IMG/VR virus record: IMGVR_UViG_2690316166_000017
Length of the DNA: 8,530 nucleotides
Strand: one strand, 5' to 3'
Source of the DNA: a virus
Lineage: Duplodnaviria > Heunggongvirae > Uroviricota > Caudoviricetes
Both the position numbers and the translations under genes were made by a program. The notes below the pieces were generated by a model. The model saw only the letters and a list, made by a program, of their open reading frames with translations. It had not been told where the DNA came from and made no database searches. The first letter of the stretch is position 1. Each line of letters starts with the position of its first letter. Below are positions 1-8,330 of this stretch, piece after piece.

Positions 1-2811
1 CATGAGTATGGTTGCCAGAACTGAACCCGGACCCGCAGAGGACGACATCACCGACACCGAAGATGGCGATACCCGTATTTCANNNNNNNNNNNNNNNNNN
101 NNNNNNNNNNNNNNNNNNNNNNNNNNNNNNNNNNNNNNNNNNNNNNNNNNNNNNNNNNNNNNNNNNNNNNNNNNNNNNNNNNNNNNNNNNNNNNNNNNNN
201 NNNNNNNNNNNNNNNNNNNNNNNNNNNNNNNNNNNNNNNNNNNNNNNNNNNNNNNNNNNNNNNNNNNNNNNNNNNNNNNNNNNNNNNNNNNNNNNNNNNN
301 NNNNNNNNNNNNNNNNNNNNNNNNNNNNNNNNNNNNNNNNNNNNNNNNNNNNNNNNNNNNNNNNNNNNNNNNNNNNNNNNNNNNNNNNNNNNNNNNNNNN
401 NNNNNNNNNNNNNNNNNNNNNNNNNNNNNNNNNNNNNNNNNNNNNNNNNNNNNNNNNNNNNNNNNNNNNNNNNNNNNNNNNNNNNNNNNNNNNNNNNNNN
501 NNNNNNNNNNNNNNNNNNNNNNNNNNNNNNNNNNNNNNNNNNNNNNNNNNNNNNNNNNNNNNNNNNNNNNNNNNNNNNNNNNNNNNNNNNNNNNNNNNNN
601 NNNNNNNNNNNNNNNNNNNNNNNNNNNNNNNNNNNNNNNNNNNNNNNNNNNNNNNNNNNNNNNNNNNNNNNNNNNNNNNNNNNNNNNNNNNNNNNNNNNN
701 NNNNNNNNNNNNNNNNNNNNNNNNNNNNNNNNNNNNNNNNNNNNNNNNNNNNNNNNNNNNNNNNNNNNNNNNNNNNNNNNNNNNNNNNNNNNNNNNNNNN
801 NNNNNNNNNNNNNNNNNNNNNNNNNNNNNNNNNNNNNNNNNNNNNNNNNNNNNNNNNNNNNNNNNNNNNNNNNNNNNNNNNNNNNNNNNNNNNNNNNNNN
901 NNNNNNNNNNNNNNNNNNNNNNNNNNNNNNNNNNNNNNNNNNNNNNNNNNNNNNNNNNNNNNNNNNNNNNNNNNNNNNNNNNNNNNNNNNNNNNNNNNNN
1001 NNNNNNNNNNNNNNNNNNNNNNNNNNNNNNNNNNNNNNNNNNNNNNNNNNNNNNNNNNNNNNNNNNNNNNNNNNNNNNNNNNNNNNNNNNNNNNNNNNNN
1101 NNNNNNNNNNNNNNNNNNNNNNNNNNNNNNNNNNNNNNNNNNNNNNNNNNNNNNNNNNNNNNNNNNNNNNNNNNNNNNNNNNNNNNNNNNNNNNNNNNNN
1201 NNNNNNNNNNNNNNNNNNNNNNNNNNNNNNNNNNNNNNNNNNNNNNNNNNNNNNNNNNNNNNNNNNNNNNNNNNNNNNNNNNNNNNNNNNNNNNNNNNNN
1301 NNNNNNNNNNNNNNNNNNNNNNNNNNNNNNNNNNNNNNNNNNNNNNNNNNNNNNNNNNNNNNNNNNNNNNNNNNNNNNNNNNNNNNNNNNNNNNNNNNNN
1401 NNNNNNNNNNNNNNNNNNNNNNNNNNNNNNNNNNNNNNNNNNNNNNNNNNNNNNNNNNNNNNNNNNNNNNNNNNNNNNNNNNNNNNNNNNNNNNNNNNNN
1501 NNNNNNNNNNNNNNNNNNNNNNNNNNNNNNNNNNNNNNNNNNNNNNNNNNNNNNNNNNNNNNNNNNNNNNNNNNNNNNNNNNNNNNNNNNNNNNNNNNNN
1601 NNNNNNNNNNNNNNNNNNNNNNNNNNNNNNNNNNNNNNNNNNNNNNNNNNNNNNNNNNNNNNNNNNNNNNNNNNNNNNNNNNNNNNNNNNNNNNNNNNNN
1701 NNNNNNNNNNNNNNNNNNNNNNNNNNNNNNNNNNNNNNNNNNNNNNNNNNNNNNNNNNNNNNNNNNNNNNNNNNNNNNNNNNNNNNNNNNNNNNNNNNNN
1801 NNNNNNNNNNNNNNNNNNNNNNNNNNNNNNNNNNNNNNNNNNNNNNNNNNNNNNNNNNNNNNNNNNNNNNNNNNNNNNNNNNNNNNNNNNNNNNNNNNNN
1901 NNNNNNNNNNNNNNNNNNNNNNNNNNNNNNNNNNNNNNNNNNNNNNNNNNNNNNNNNNNNNNNNNNNNNNNNNNNNNNNNNNNNNNNNNNNNNNNNNNNN
2001 NNNNNNNNNNNNNNNNNNNNNNNNNNNNNNNNNNNNNNNNNNNNNNNNNNNNNNNNNNNNNNNNNNNNNNNNNNNNNNNNNNNNNNNNNNNNNNNNNNNN
2101 NNNNNNNNNNNNNNNNNNNNNNNNNNNNNNNNNNNNNNNNNNNNNNNNNNNNNNNNNNNNNNNNNNNNNNNNNNNNNNNNNNNNNNNNNNNNNNNNNNNN
2201 NNNNNNNNNNNNNNNNNNNNNNNNNNNNNNNNNNNNNNNNNNNNNNNNNNNNNNNNNNNNNNNNNNNNNNNNNNNNNNNNNNNNNNNNNNNNNNNNNNNN
2301 NNNNNNNNNNNNNNNNNNNNNNNNNNNNNNNNNNNNNNNNNNNNNNNNNNNNNNNNNNNNNNNNNNNNNNNNNNNNNNNNNNNNNNNNNNNNNNNNNNNN
2401 NNNNNNNNNNNNNNNNNNNNNNNNNNNNNNNNNNNNNNNNNNNNNNNNNNNNNNNNNNNNNNNNNNNNNNNNNNNNNNNNNNNNNNNNNNNNNNNNNNNN
2501 NNNNNNNNNNNNNNNNNNNNNNNNNNNNNNNNNNNNNNNNNNNNNNNNNNNNNNNNNNNNNNNNNNNNNNNNNNNNNNNNNNNNNNNNNNNNNNNNNNNN
2601 NNNNNNNNNNNNNNNNNNNNNNNNNNNNNNNNNNNNNNNNNNNNNNNNNNNNNNNNNNNNNNNNNNNNNNNNNNNNNNNNNNNNNNNNNNNNNNNNNNNN
2701 NNNNNNNNNNNNNNNNNNNNNNNNNNNNNNNNNNNNNNNNNNNNNNNNNNNNNNNNNNNNNNNNNNNNNNNNNNNNNNNNNNNNNNNNNNNNNNNNNNNN
2801 NNNNNNNNNNN

Positions 2812-3238
2812 TATCTGGAATAACGAAGCACGCACGCTGAAAAACTGGCATCACGACACGGGGAAATACGGGCGAACCATCACCGGGTGGGATGAGGATA
2901 AAAACAATATCCGCACGTTTTACCGGGATGACATCGACCGTTTTCTGGAAATACGCACCCGGCGCATCAACCAGGACAGCACCAGGCGCGTCTCCATGTT
3001 CGTAAAACTGCGCACCGCCCGCTACCTGAAAGCCCGTGCAGATGCTTCCGGTGTGACGGTGGGTTACAGCGGCGTGGCCGCACGTATTGCACGCGTTCAT
3101 CAGTTCGGTGAGCGCGATCAGGTTGCGCCGGGCATTTTCACCGATTACCCGGTACGTGAGCTGCTGGGTATCAGCCAGGCAGATGAGCGCCTGATTTATA
3201 ACACGGTGCTGGGCCGGATTGCGGAGGCTGTACGATGA
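2812..3238 (+). CDS. Phage tail completion / virion morphogenesis protein (P2 gpS-like); 5' end hidden in masked block, so start is unknown
   Basis: Open frame (frame 2) of 142 visible codons ending at TGA 3236-3238, which overlaps the ATG of the gpV-like gene (ATGA), i.e. the position P2 gene S occupies directly upstream of V. The C-terminal motif ...HQFGERDQVAPGIFTDYPVRELLGIS... resembles, from memory, the conserved HQFG / R-x-F-L-G-(L/I)-S region of the phage virion morphogenesis family. There is no in-frame ATG near the visible 5' edge, so the start is within or at the edge of the masked block. Family assignment is from memory, not a search. Confidence 0.5.
3223..3227 (+). promoter_or_regulatory. 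Shine-Dalgarno (GGAGG) for gpV-like gene
   Basis: GGAGG lies 7 nt upstream of the ATG at 3235. Confidence 0.6.
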
Positions 3239-3876
3239 GCGCAGAACTCATGCGACTGCTGAGCAATATCATCCGCACCGGGATCATCTCTGAAGTTGAT
3301 GAGGAATCCTGGTGCGTGCGCGTTCGCAGCGGCGAACTGGAAACAGGCTGGCTGCGCTGGAACACCACGCGCGCGGGAGACTTCAACGTGTGGTTTCCGC
3401 CATCACCAGGCGAACAGGTGGCAATTGCCTGCATCGGCGGCAACCCGGAAACCGCCATGATAATCNNNNNNNNNNNNNNNNNNNNNNNNNNNNNNNNNNN
3501 NNNNNNNNNNNNNNNNNNNNNNNNNGGCAGCCTGTGGAGTGATGCCATTCCGGCACCCGGCAAAAGCCTGAAAGAAATCGTGGTCAGCGCGCCGGACGGC
3601 GCGGTGTTCCGCTACGACGCGGACGCAGGCGCACTGAGCGCAAGCGGCATGAAAACGGCCACTTTGCAGGCATCCATCAGCGTGACACTGAACACGCCTG
3701 TCGTGGAATGCACAGACCTTCTGAGAACAGCGACGCTTGACGTCACAAAAGGGGGAACGATGAGCGGCAATATCACGCACAGCGGCGGCGATTTCACCTC
3801 AAACGGCATCACAGTGCATACGCATAAGCACGGTGGCGTTAAAGGTGGCAGCGATTCGACAGGAGGCCCGCAGTGA
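3235..3876 (+). CDS. V: Baseplate central spike / baseplate assembly protein V (P2 gpV-like, gp5/VgrG-type spike)
   Basis: 213-codon ORF, ATG 3235 to TGA 3874-3876, with codons 3466-3525 masked in frame. N-terminal ...LLSNIIRTGIISEVD... and C-terminal ...KGGTMSGNITHSGGDFTSNGITVHTHKHGG... align with the P2 gpV sequence as I recall it (NMIRTGIIVETD...; QKGGTMRGNIEHTGGELSSNGKVLHTHKH). HxH motif near the C-terminus. SD GGAGG upstream; start overlaps the upstream stop. Confidence 0.9.
   Translation: MSAELMRLLSNIIRTGIISEVDEESWCVRVRSGELETGWLRWNTTRAGDFNVWFPPSPGEQVAIACIGGNPETAMIIXXXXXXXXXXXXXXXXXXXXGSLWSDAIPAPGKSLKEIVVSAPDGAVFRYDADAGALSASGMKTATLQASISVTLNTPVVECTDLLRTATLDVTKGGTMSGNITHSGGDFTSNGITVHTHKHGGVKGGSDSTGGPQ
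3861..3866 (+). promoter_or_regulatory. Shine-Dalgarno (AGGAGG) for gpW-like gene
   Basis: Perfect AGGAGG lies 6 nt upstream of the GTG start at 3873, inside the 3' end of the V coding sequence. Confidence 0.65.
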
Positions 3877-4223
3877 CAACCCGCTACACAGGAATGAACC
3901 CGGACGGGACGGGAAACCTGAACGATATGGCGCACCTGAAACAGTCAGTCAGGGACATCCTGACCACCCCGCTGGCAAGCCGGGTTATGCGACGGGAATA
4001 TGGCAGCCTTGTGCCTGATTTGATTGACGAACCCATGAATAACACCACGCGTCTGCAATGCATGAGTGCTACCGTGATTGCACTGACACGATGGGAACCA
4101 CGCATTGCCCTGAACGCCATCGACGTTGTCTGGAAGGCAGGAGGCCACGCCGGGGTGACGCTGTCGGGCACTGTCATGCAGACCATGCAGAATGTTGAAT
4201 TAACCATCACGCTGAGGGAGTAA
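3873..4223 (+). CDS. W: Baseplate wedge protein W (P2 gpW / T4 gp25-like, GPW_gp25 family)
   Basis: 116-codon ORF with a GTG start at 3873 that overlaps the V stop (GTGA), ending at TAA 4221-4223. MTTRYTGMN...RVMRREYGS...TRWEPRI... matches the P2 gpW pattern as recalled (MTARYLGMN...RVMRRDYGS...KWEPRV). Size and position between V and J are as in P2. Confidence 0.9.
   Translation: MTTRYTGMNPDGTGNLNDMAHLKQSVRDILTTPLASRVMRREYGSLVPDLIDEPMNNTTRLQCMSATVIALTRWEPRIALNAIDVVWKAGGHAGVTLSGTVMQTMQNVELTITLRE
4214..4220 (+). promoter_or_regulatory. Shine-Dalgarno (GAGGGAG) for gpJ-like gene
   Basis: GAGGGAG lies 6 nt upstream of the ATG at 4227, overlapping the end of W. Confidence 0.55.
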
Positions 4224-4226
4224 ATC

Positions 4227-5231
4227 ATGCCTGCCGTTGACCTTTCCCAGTTACCGGAACCCGCCATCATCGCGGAGCCTGACTTTGAGGCAATTCTGGC
4301 TGACACAAAGGCCATGATGATTGCAGCTTATCCCGCCGAACAGCGTGAAGTCGTCTCCGCCGCACTGGAACTGGAATCGGAACCCCTGAACGTTATCGCT
4401 CAAACCATGTCGTTTCGTGAAATGCTGTTACGCCAGCGGGTCAATGAGGCCGCACGCGCCTGCATGTTGAGCCACAGCGCCGGAACAGACCTGGACAACC
4501 TCGCGGGCAATATGAACACAAAGCGCCTGGTTATCACTCCGGCAACGGATACCACCGACGTGGTGATGGAGAACGACACCTCGCTGAGACTGCGGGCGCA
4601 GCGGGCGTATGACGGCCTGAGTGTTGCAGGCCCGTCAGGCGCATACGAGTATTTTGCCCGCAGCGCCAGCGGTCTGGTGCGCGATGCGCGGGCCATCAGT
4701 CCGTCTCCGGCAAATGTGACGGTTTCCATCCTGTCCACTGAGGGCGACGGCACAGCAACGGAGGCGTTGCTTAATACCGTTCGCGCCGTTCTGAATGCAG
4801 AGGATACCCGCCCGGTGNNNNNNNNNNNNNNNNNNNNNNNNNNNNNNNNNNNNNNNNNNNNNNNNNNNNNNNNNNNNNNNNNNNNNNNNNNNNNNNNNNN
4901 NNNNNNNNNNNNNNNNNNNNNNNNNNNNNNNNNNNNNNNNNNNNNNNNNNNNNNNNNNNNNNNNNNNNNNNNNNNNNNNNNNNNNNNNNNNNNNNNNNNN
5001 NNNNNNNNNNNNNNNNNNNNNNNNNNNNNNNNNNNNNNNNNNNNNNNNNNNNNNNNNNNNNNNNNNNNNNNNNNNNNNNNNNNNNNNNNNNNNNNNNNNN
5101 NNNNNNNNNNNNNNNNNNNNNNNNNNNNNNNNNNNNNNNNNNNNNNNNNNNNNNNNNNNNNNNNNNNNNNNNNNNNNNNNNNNNNNNNNNNNNNNNNNNN
5201 NNNNNNNNNNNNNNNNNNNNNNNNNNNNNNN
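4227..5231 (+). CDS. J: Baseplate protein J (P2 gpJ-like); 3' end lies inside masked block 4818-5336, end coordinate is an estimate
   Basis: ATG at 4227, 3 nt after the W stop. The visible 197 codons (MPAVDLSQLPEPAIIAEPDFEAILADTKA...ESEPL...RQRVNEAARA...GLSVAG..GAYEYF...SPSPANVTVSILS...EDTRPV) align along their length with P2 gpJ as recalled (MPIIDLNQLPAPDVVEELDFESILAERKA...RQRVNEAARAVML...GLSVAGSVGAYQYH...SPSPACVTISVLS...EDVRPV). The true stop is hidden; the end is inferred from where the gpI-like gene must start and could be up to ~100 nt earlier. The track's continuation to 5441 is a masking artefact. Confidence 0.8.
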
Positions 5232-5791
5232 NNNNNNNNNNNNNNNNNNNNNNNNNNNNNNNNNNNNNNNNNNNNNNNNNNNNNNNNNNNNNNNNNNNNN
5301 NNNNNNNNNNNNNNNNNNNNNNNNNNNNNNNNNNNNGGTCGCCGGACACCTGCCCGGTGCATCTGCTGCCTTATCTCGCCTGGGCGTTTTCCGTTGACCG
5401 CTGGGATCGCAACTGGCCGGAAGAGACAAAGCGACAGGTGATTCGTGATGCATGGCTGATACACCGACACAAAGGAACCATCAGCGCCCTGCGACGGGCC
5501 ATTGAGCCGCTGGGATACCTCATTCGCGTGTCTGAGTGGTGGGAGTTCAACGGCGAACCCGGAACATTCAAGATTGATGTTGGCACGCTGGACAGTGGCG
5601 TGACGGAGGAAATGTATCTGGAAATGGAGCGGTTGATTGCTGATGCCCGCCCGGTCAGCCGCCACATNNNNNNNNNNNNNNNNNNNNNNCACATGACAGG
5701 GCTGAATATCATTCAGGAGATTCAGGGAGATATTTTCGCGGCAGCAGCAACTTACGACGGTGAAGTCATTACCATTTATCCGGACGATTAA
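5228..5791 (+). CDS. I: Baseplate / tail formation protein I (P2 gpI-like); 5' end inside masked block, start coordinate is an estimate
   Basis: Frame-2 reading from 5339, SPDTCPVHLLPYLAWAFSVDRWDRNWPEETKRQVIRDAWLIHRHKGTISALRRAIEPLGYLIRVSEWWE...MERLIADARPVSRH...GLNI...YDGEVITIYPDD, aligns with P2 gpI as recalled (NPDTCPANLLPWLAWAFSVDRWDEKWPEATKRAVIRDAYFIHCHKGTIGAIRRVVEPLGYLINVTEWWE...). Stop TAA at 5789-5791. About 37 N-terminal codons are hidden; the start is estimated from the alignment. A 22-nt masked block (5668-5689) lies inside the gene, in frame. Confidence 0.8.
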   Translation, partial: XXXXXXXXXXXXXXXXXXXXXXXXXXXXXXXXXXXXXSPDTCPVHLLPYLAWAFSVDRWDRNWPEETKRQVIRDAWLIHRHKGTISALRRAIEPLGYLIRVSEWWEFNGEPGTFKIDVGTLDSGVTEEMYLEMERLIADARPVSRHXXXXXXXXHMTGLNIIQEIQGDIFAAAATYDGEVITIYPDD

Positions 5792-5793
5792 GC

Positions 5794-8328
5794 ATGAGTA
5801 CCACAACACGAAAATTTAAAACCATTATCACCGATACGGGTGCAAAAAAATTAGCGCAGGCAACCGCGCCAGATGGGAAACCTGTCCGCCTGACACATAT
5901 GGCCGTGGGTGACGGCGGCGGTACTTTACCCACGCCAGACAGTAAGCAGACCCGTCTTGTGCATGAGGTGTGGCGACATACCGTTAATCGCGTCACCCTG
6001 GACGCAACACATCAGAACCACATTATTGCGGAGCTGGTTATTCCTCCTGAAACGGGCGNNNNNNNNNNNNNNNNNNNNNNNNNNNNNNNNNNNNNNNNNN
6101 NGTGTGTTTGATGAGCACGGCGATTTGATCGCGGTAGGCAATACTGCCGAAAGTTACAAGCCAACCGTTGCCGAAGGATCCGGACGTGCACAAACATNNN
6201 NNNNNNNNNNNNNNNNNNNNNNNNNNNNNNNNNNNNNNNNNNNNNNNNNNNNNNNNNNNNNNNNNNNNNNNNNNNNNNNNNNNNNNNNNNNNNNNNNNNN
6301 NNNNNNNNNNNNNNNNNNNNNNNNNNNNNNNNNNNNNNNNNNNNNNNNNNNNNNNNNNNNNNNNNNNNNNNNNNNNNNNNNNNNNNNNNNNNNNNNNNNN
6401 NNNNNNNNNNNNNNNNNNNNNNNNNNNNNNNNNNNNNNNNNNNNNNNGGCAGAGGATATTGCATCCGCCGTGGCGCTTGAGGATGCAAGTACGACGAAAA
6501 AGGGGATAGTACAGCTCAGCAGTGCGACCAACAGCACTNNNNNNNNNNNNNNNNNNNNNNNNNNNNNNNNNNNNNNNNNNNNNNNNNNNNNNNNNNNNNN
6601 NNNNNNNNNNNNNNNNNNNNNNNNNNNNNNNNNNNNNNNNNNNNNNNNNNNNNNNNNNNNNNNNNNNNNNNNNNNNNNNNNNNNNNNNNNNNNNNNNNNN
6701 NNNNNNNNNNNNNNNNNNNNNNNNNNNNNNNNNNNNNNNNNNNNNNNNNNNNNNNNNNNNNNNNNNNNNNNNNNNNNNNNNNNNNNNNNNNNNNNACCAA
6801 CAGCACGTCTGAAACGCTGGCAGCGACACCAAAAGCCGTTAAGGCAGTAATGGATGAAACGAACAAGAAAGCCCCATTAAACAGCCCGGCACTGACCGGA
6901 ACGCCAACAACACCAACTGCGCGACAGGGAACGAATAATACCCAAATCGCAAGCACGGCTTTCGTTATGGCTGCGATTGCCGCACTTGTAGACTCTTCGC
7001 CTGATGCACTGAACACACTGAACGAGCTGGCGGCGGCGCTGGGCAACGACCCGAATTTTGCGACCACCATGACTAACGCGCTTGCGGGTAAGCAACCGAA
7101 AGATGCCACTCTGACGGCGCTGGCGGGGCTTGCTACTGCGGCAGACAGGTTTCCGTATTTTACGGGGAATGATGTCGNNNNNNNNNNNNNNNNNNNNNNN
7201 NNNNNNNNNNNNNNNNNNNNNNNNNNNNNNNNNNNNNNNNNNNNNNNNNNNNNNNNNNNNNNNNNNNNNNNNNNNNNNNNNNNNNNNNNNNNNNNNNNNN
7301 NNNNNNNNNNNNNNNNNNNNNNNNNNNNNNNNNNNNNNNNNNNNNNNNNNNNNNNNNNNNNNNNNNNNNNNNNNNNNNNNNNNNNNNNNNNNNNNNNNNN
7401 NNNNNNNNNNNNNNNNNNNNNNNNNNNNNNNNNNNNNNNNNNNNNNNNNNNNNNNNNNNNNNNNNNNNNNNNNNNNNNNNNNNNNNNNNNNNNNNNNNNN
7501 NNNNNNNNNNNNNNNNNNNNNNNNNNNNNNNNNNNNNNNNNNNNNNNNNNNNNNNNNNNNNNNNNNNNTAACCATCCTTACTGGATGTGCAAAGGCTCAT
7601 GGGCTTATGCAAATAATAAGGTCATTACAGATACAGGTTGCGGAAATATTTGTCTTGCAGGTGCTGTGGTGGAAGTTATTGGCACTCGCGGCGCAATGAC
7701 CATACGCGTTACCACGCCGAGCACGTCCAGCGGTGGCGGAATTACTAACGCTCAATTCACTTATATTAATCATGGTGATGCTTACGCTCCTGGCTGGCGA
7801 CGAGACTACAACACGAAAAATCAACAACCTGCATTTGCTTTAGGGCAAACAGGAAGCACTGTCGGAAATGATAAAGCTGTTGGCTGGAACTGGAATAGCG
7901 GGGTCTATAACGCAAACATTGGTGGCGCATCGACATTAATCCTCCACTTCAATATGAATACGGGGAGCTGCCCTGCTGTACAGTTCCGCGTGAATTACAG
8001 GAACGGCGGTATTTTTTATCGTTCAGCGCGTGATGGTTATGGCTTTGAAGCTGACTGGTCAGAGTTTTACACCACAACCCGCAAACCCTCTGCGGGAGAT
8101 GTTGGTGCATATACGCAGGCAGAATGTAACTCAAGGTTTATTACAGGTATTCGCCTTGGTGGTCTGTTATCTGTTCAGACATGGAATGGTCCCGGATGGT
8201 CTGACAGGTCAGGTTATGTTGTTACCGGTTCCGTTAACTCAAACAGAGATGAACTAATTGATACAACTCAGGCAAGGCCAATTCAGTATTGCATTAATGG
8301 GACGTGGTATAACGCGGGGAGTATTTAA
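5794..8328 (+). CDS. H: Tail fibre protein (P2 gpH-like N-terminus and shoulder, lambdoid Stf-like repeat region, divergent C-terminal receptor-binding domain); interrupted by four masked blocks, with apparent frame changes at two of them
   Basis: ATG at 5794, 2 nt after the I stop. The N-terminus (...[26 protein letters not shown]...[13 protein letters not shown]) matches P2 gpH as recalled ([27 protein letters not shown]...[14 protein letters not shown]). Later segments ([22 protein letters not shown]; [20 protein letters not shown]; [44 protein letters not shown]) match the P2 H / E. coli side-tail-fibre shoulder. The C-terminal ...[15 protein letters not shown] resembles the P2/Mu fibre tip (IQKYINGTWYN). 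Stop TAA at 8326-8328. The reading frame is 1 for 5794-6058, 2 for 6102-6538 and 1 for 6796-8328, so the continuous-ORF interpretation assumes the hidden blocks restore frame. Confidence 0.8.
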
Positions 8329-8330
8329 CG

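Noticed and set aside
2811-2840. Frame-3 reading ending at TGA 2838-2840 as the 3' end of a tail completion R-like gene
   Set aside because: Only 9 readable codons (SGITKHAR); too little to call a gene, though the position would fit.
2-3238. Very long ORFs in the track running through the first masked block (2..3238 +, 12..2840 +, 48..2831 -, 80..3100 -)
   Set aside because: They exist only because N codons translate to X without stops. Only the readable 3' end of the frame-2 reading (2812-3238) is supported as coding (S-like gene); the reverse-strand readings have no support.
3403-4315. Antisense and alternative-frame ORFs overlapping V and W (3171..3563 -, 3312..3542 +, 3403..3780 -, 3612..3935 -, 3833..4018 +, 3884..4315 -, 3945..4148 -)
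   Set aside because: They lie entirely within or opposite ORFs with clear homology, SD sequences and coupled start/stop junctions; typical shadow ORFs of GC-rich coding DNA.
4400-5809. Reverse-strand 469-aa ORF and other ORFs through the J/I masked block (4635..5453 -, 4771..5349 -, 4795..5397 +)
   Set aside because: Mostly composed of masked codons; the readable parts are antisense to or out of frame with the well-supported J and I genes.
5769-7827. Reverse-strand and alternative-frame ORFs inside the fibre gene (5769..5996 -, 5926..6141 -, 6012..6488 -, 6038..6832 -, 6154..6537 -, 6168..6509 +, 6516..7109 -, 6522..6812 +, 6877..7575 -, 7130..7699 +, 7160..7612 -, 7597..7827 -)
   Set aside because: Shadow ORFs or masking artefacts; none has a plausible start context or recognisable protein features, and the + strand fibre reading explains the region.
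7949-8257. Small ORFs 7949..8134 (-) and 8030..8257 (+) inside the fibre C-terminal domain
   Set aside because: Embedded in the H coding frame, which continues to a conserved fibre-tip motif and a coupled stop/start with tfa; no independent support.
7569-8328. Diversity-generating retroelement target (variable repeat at fibre 3' end)
   Set aside because: Considered because DGRs target fibre C-termini, but no template-repeat copy, adenine-biased repeat pair or reverse transcriptase is visible in the window. Cannot be excluded for masked or downstream sequence.
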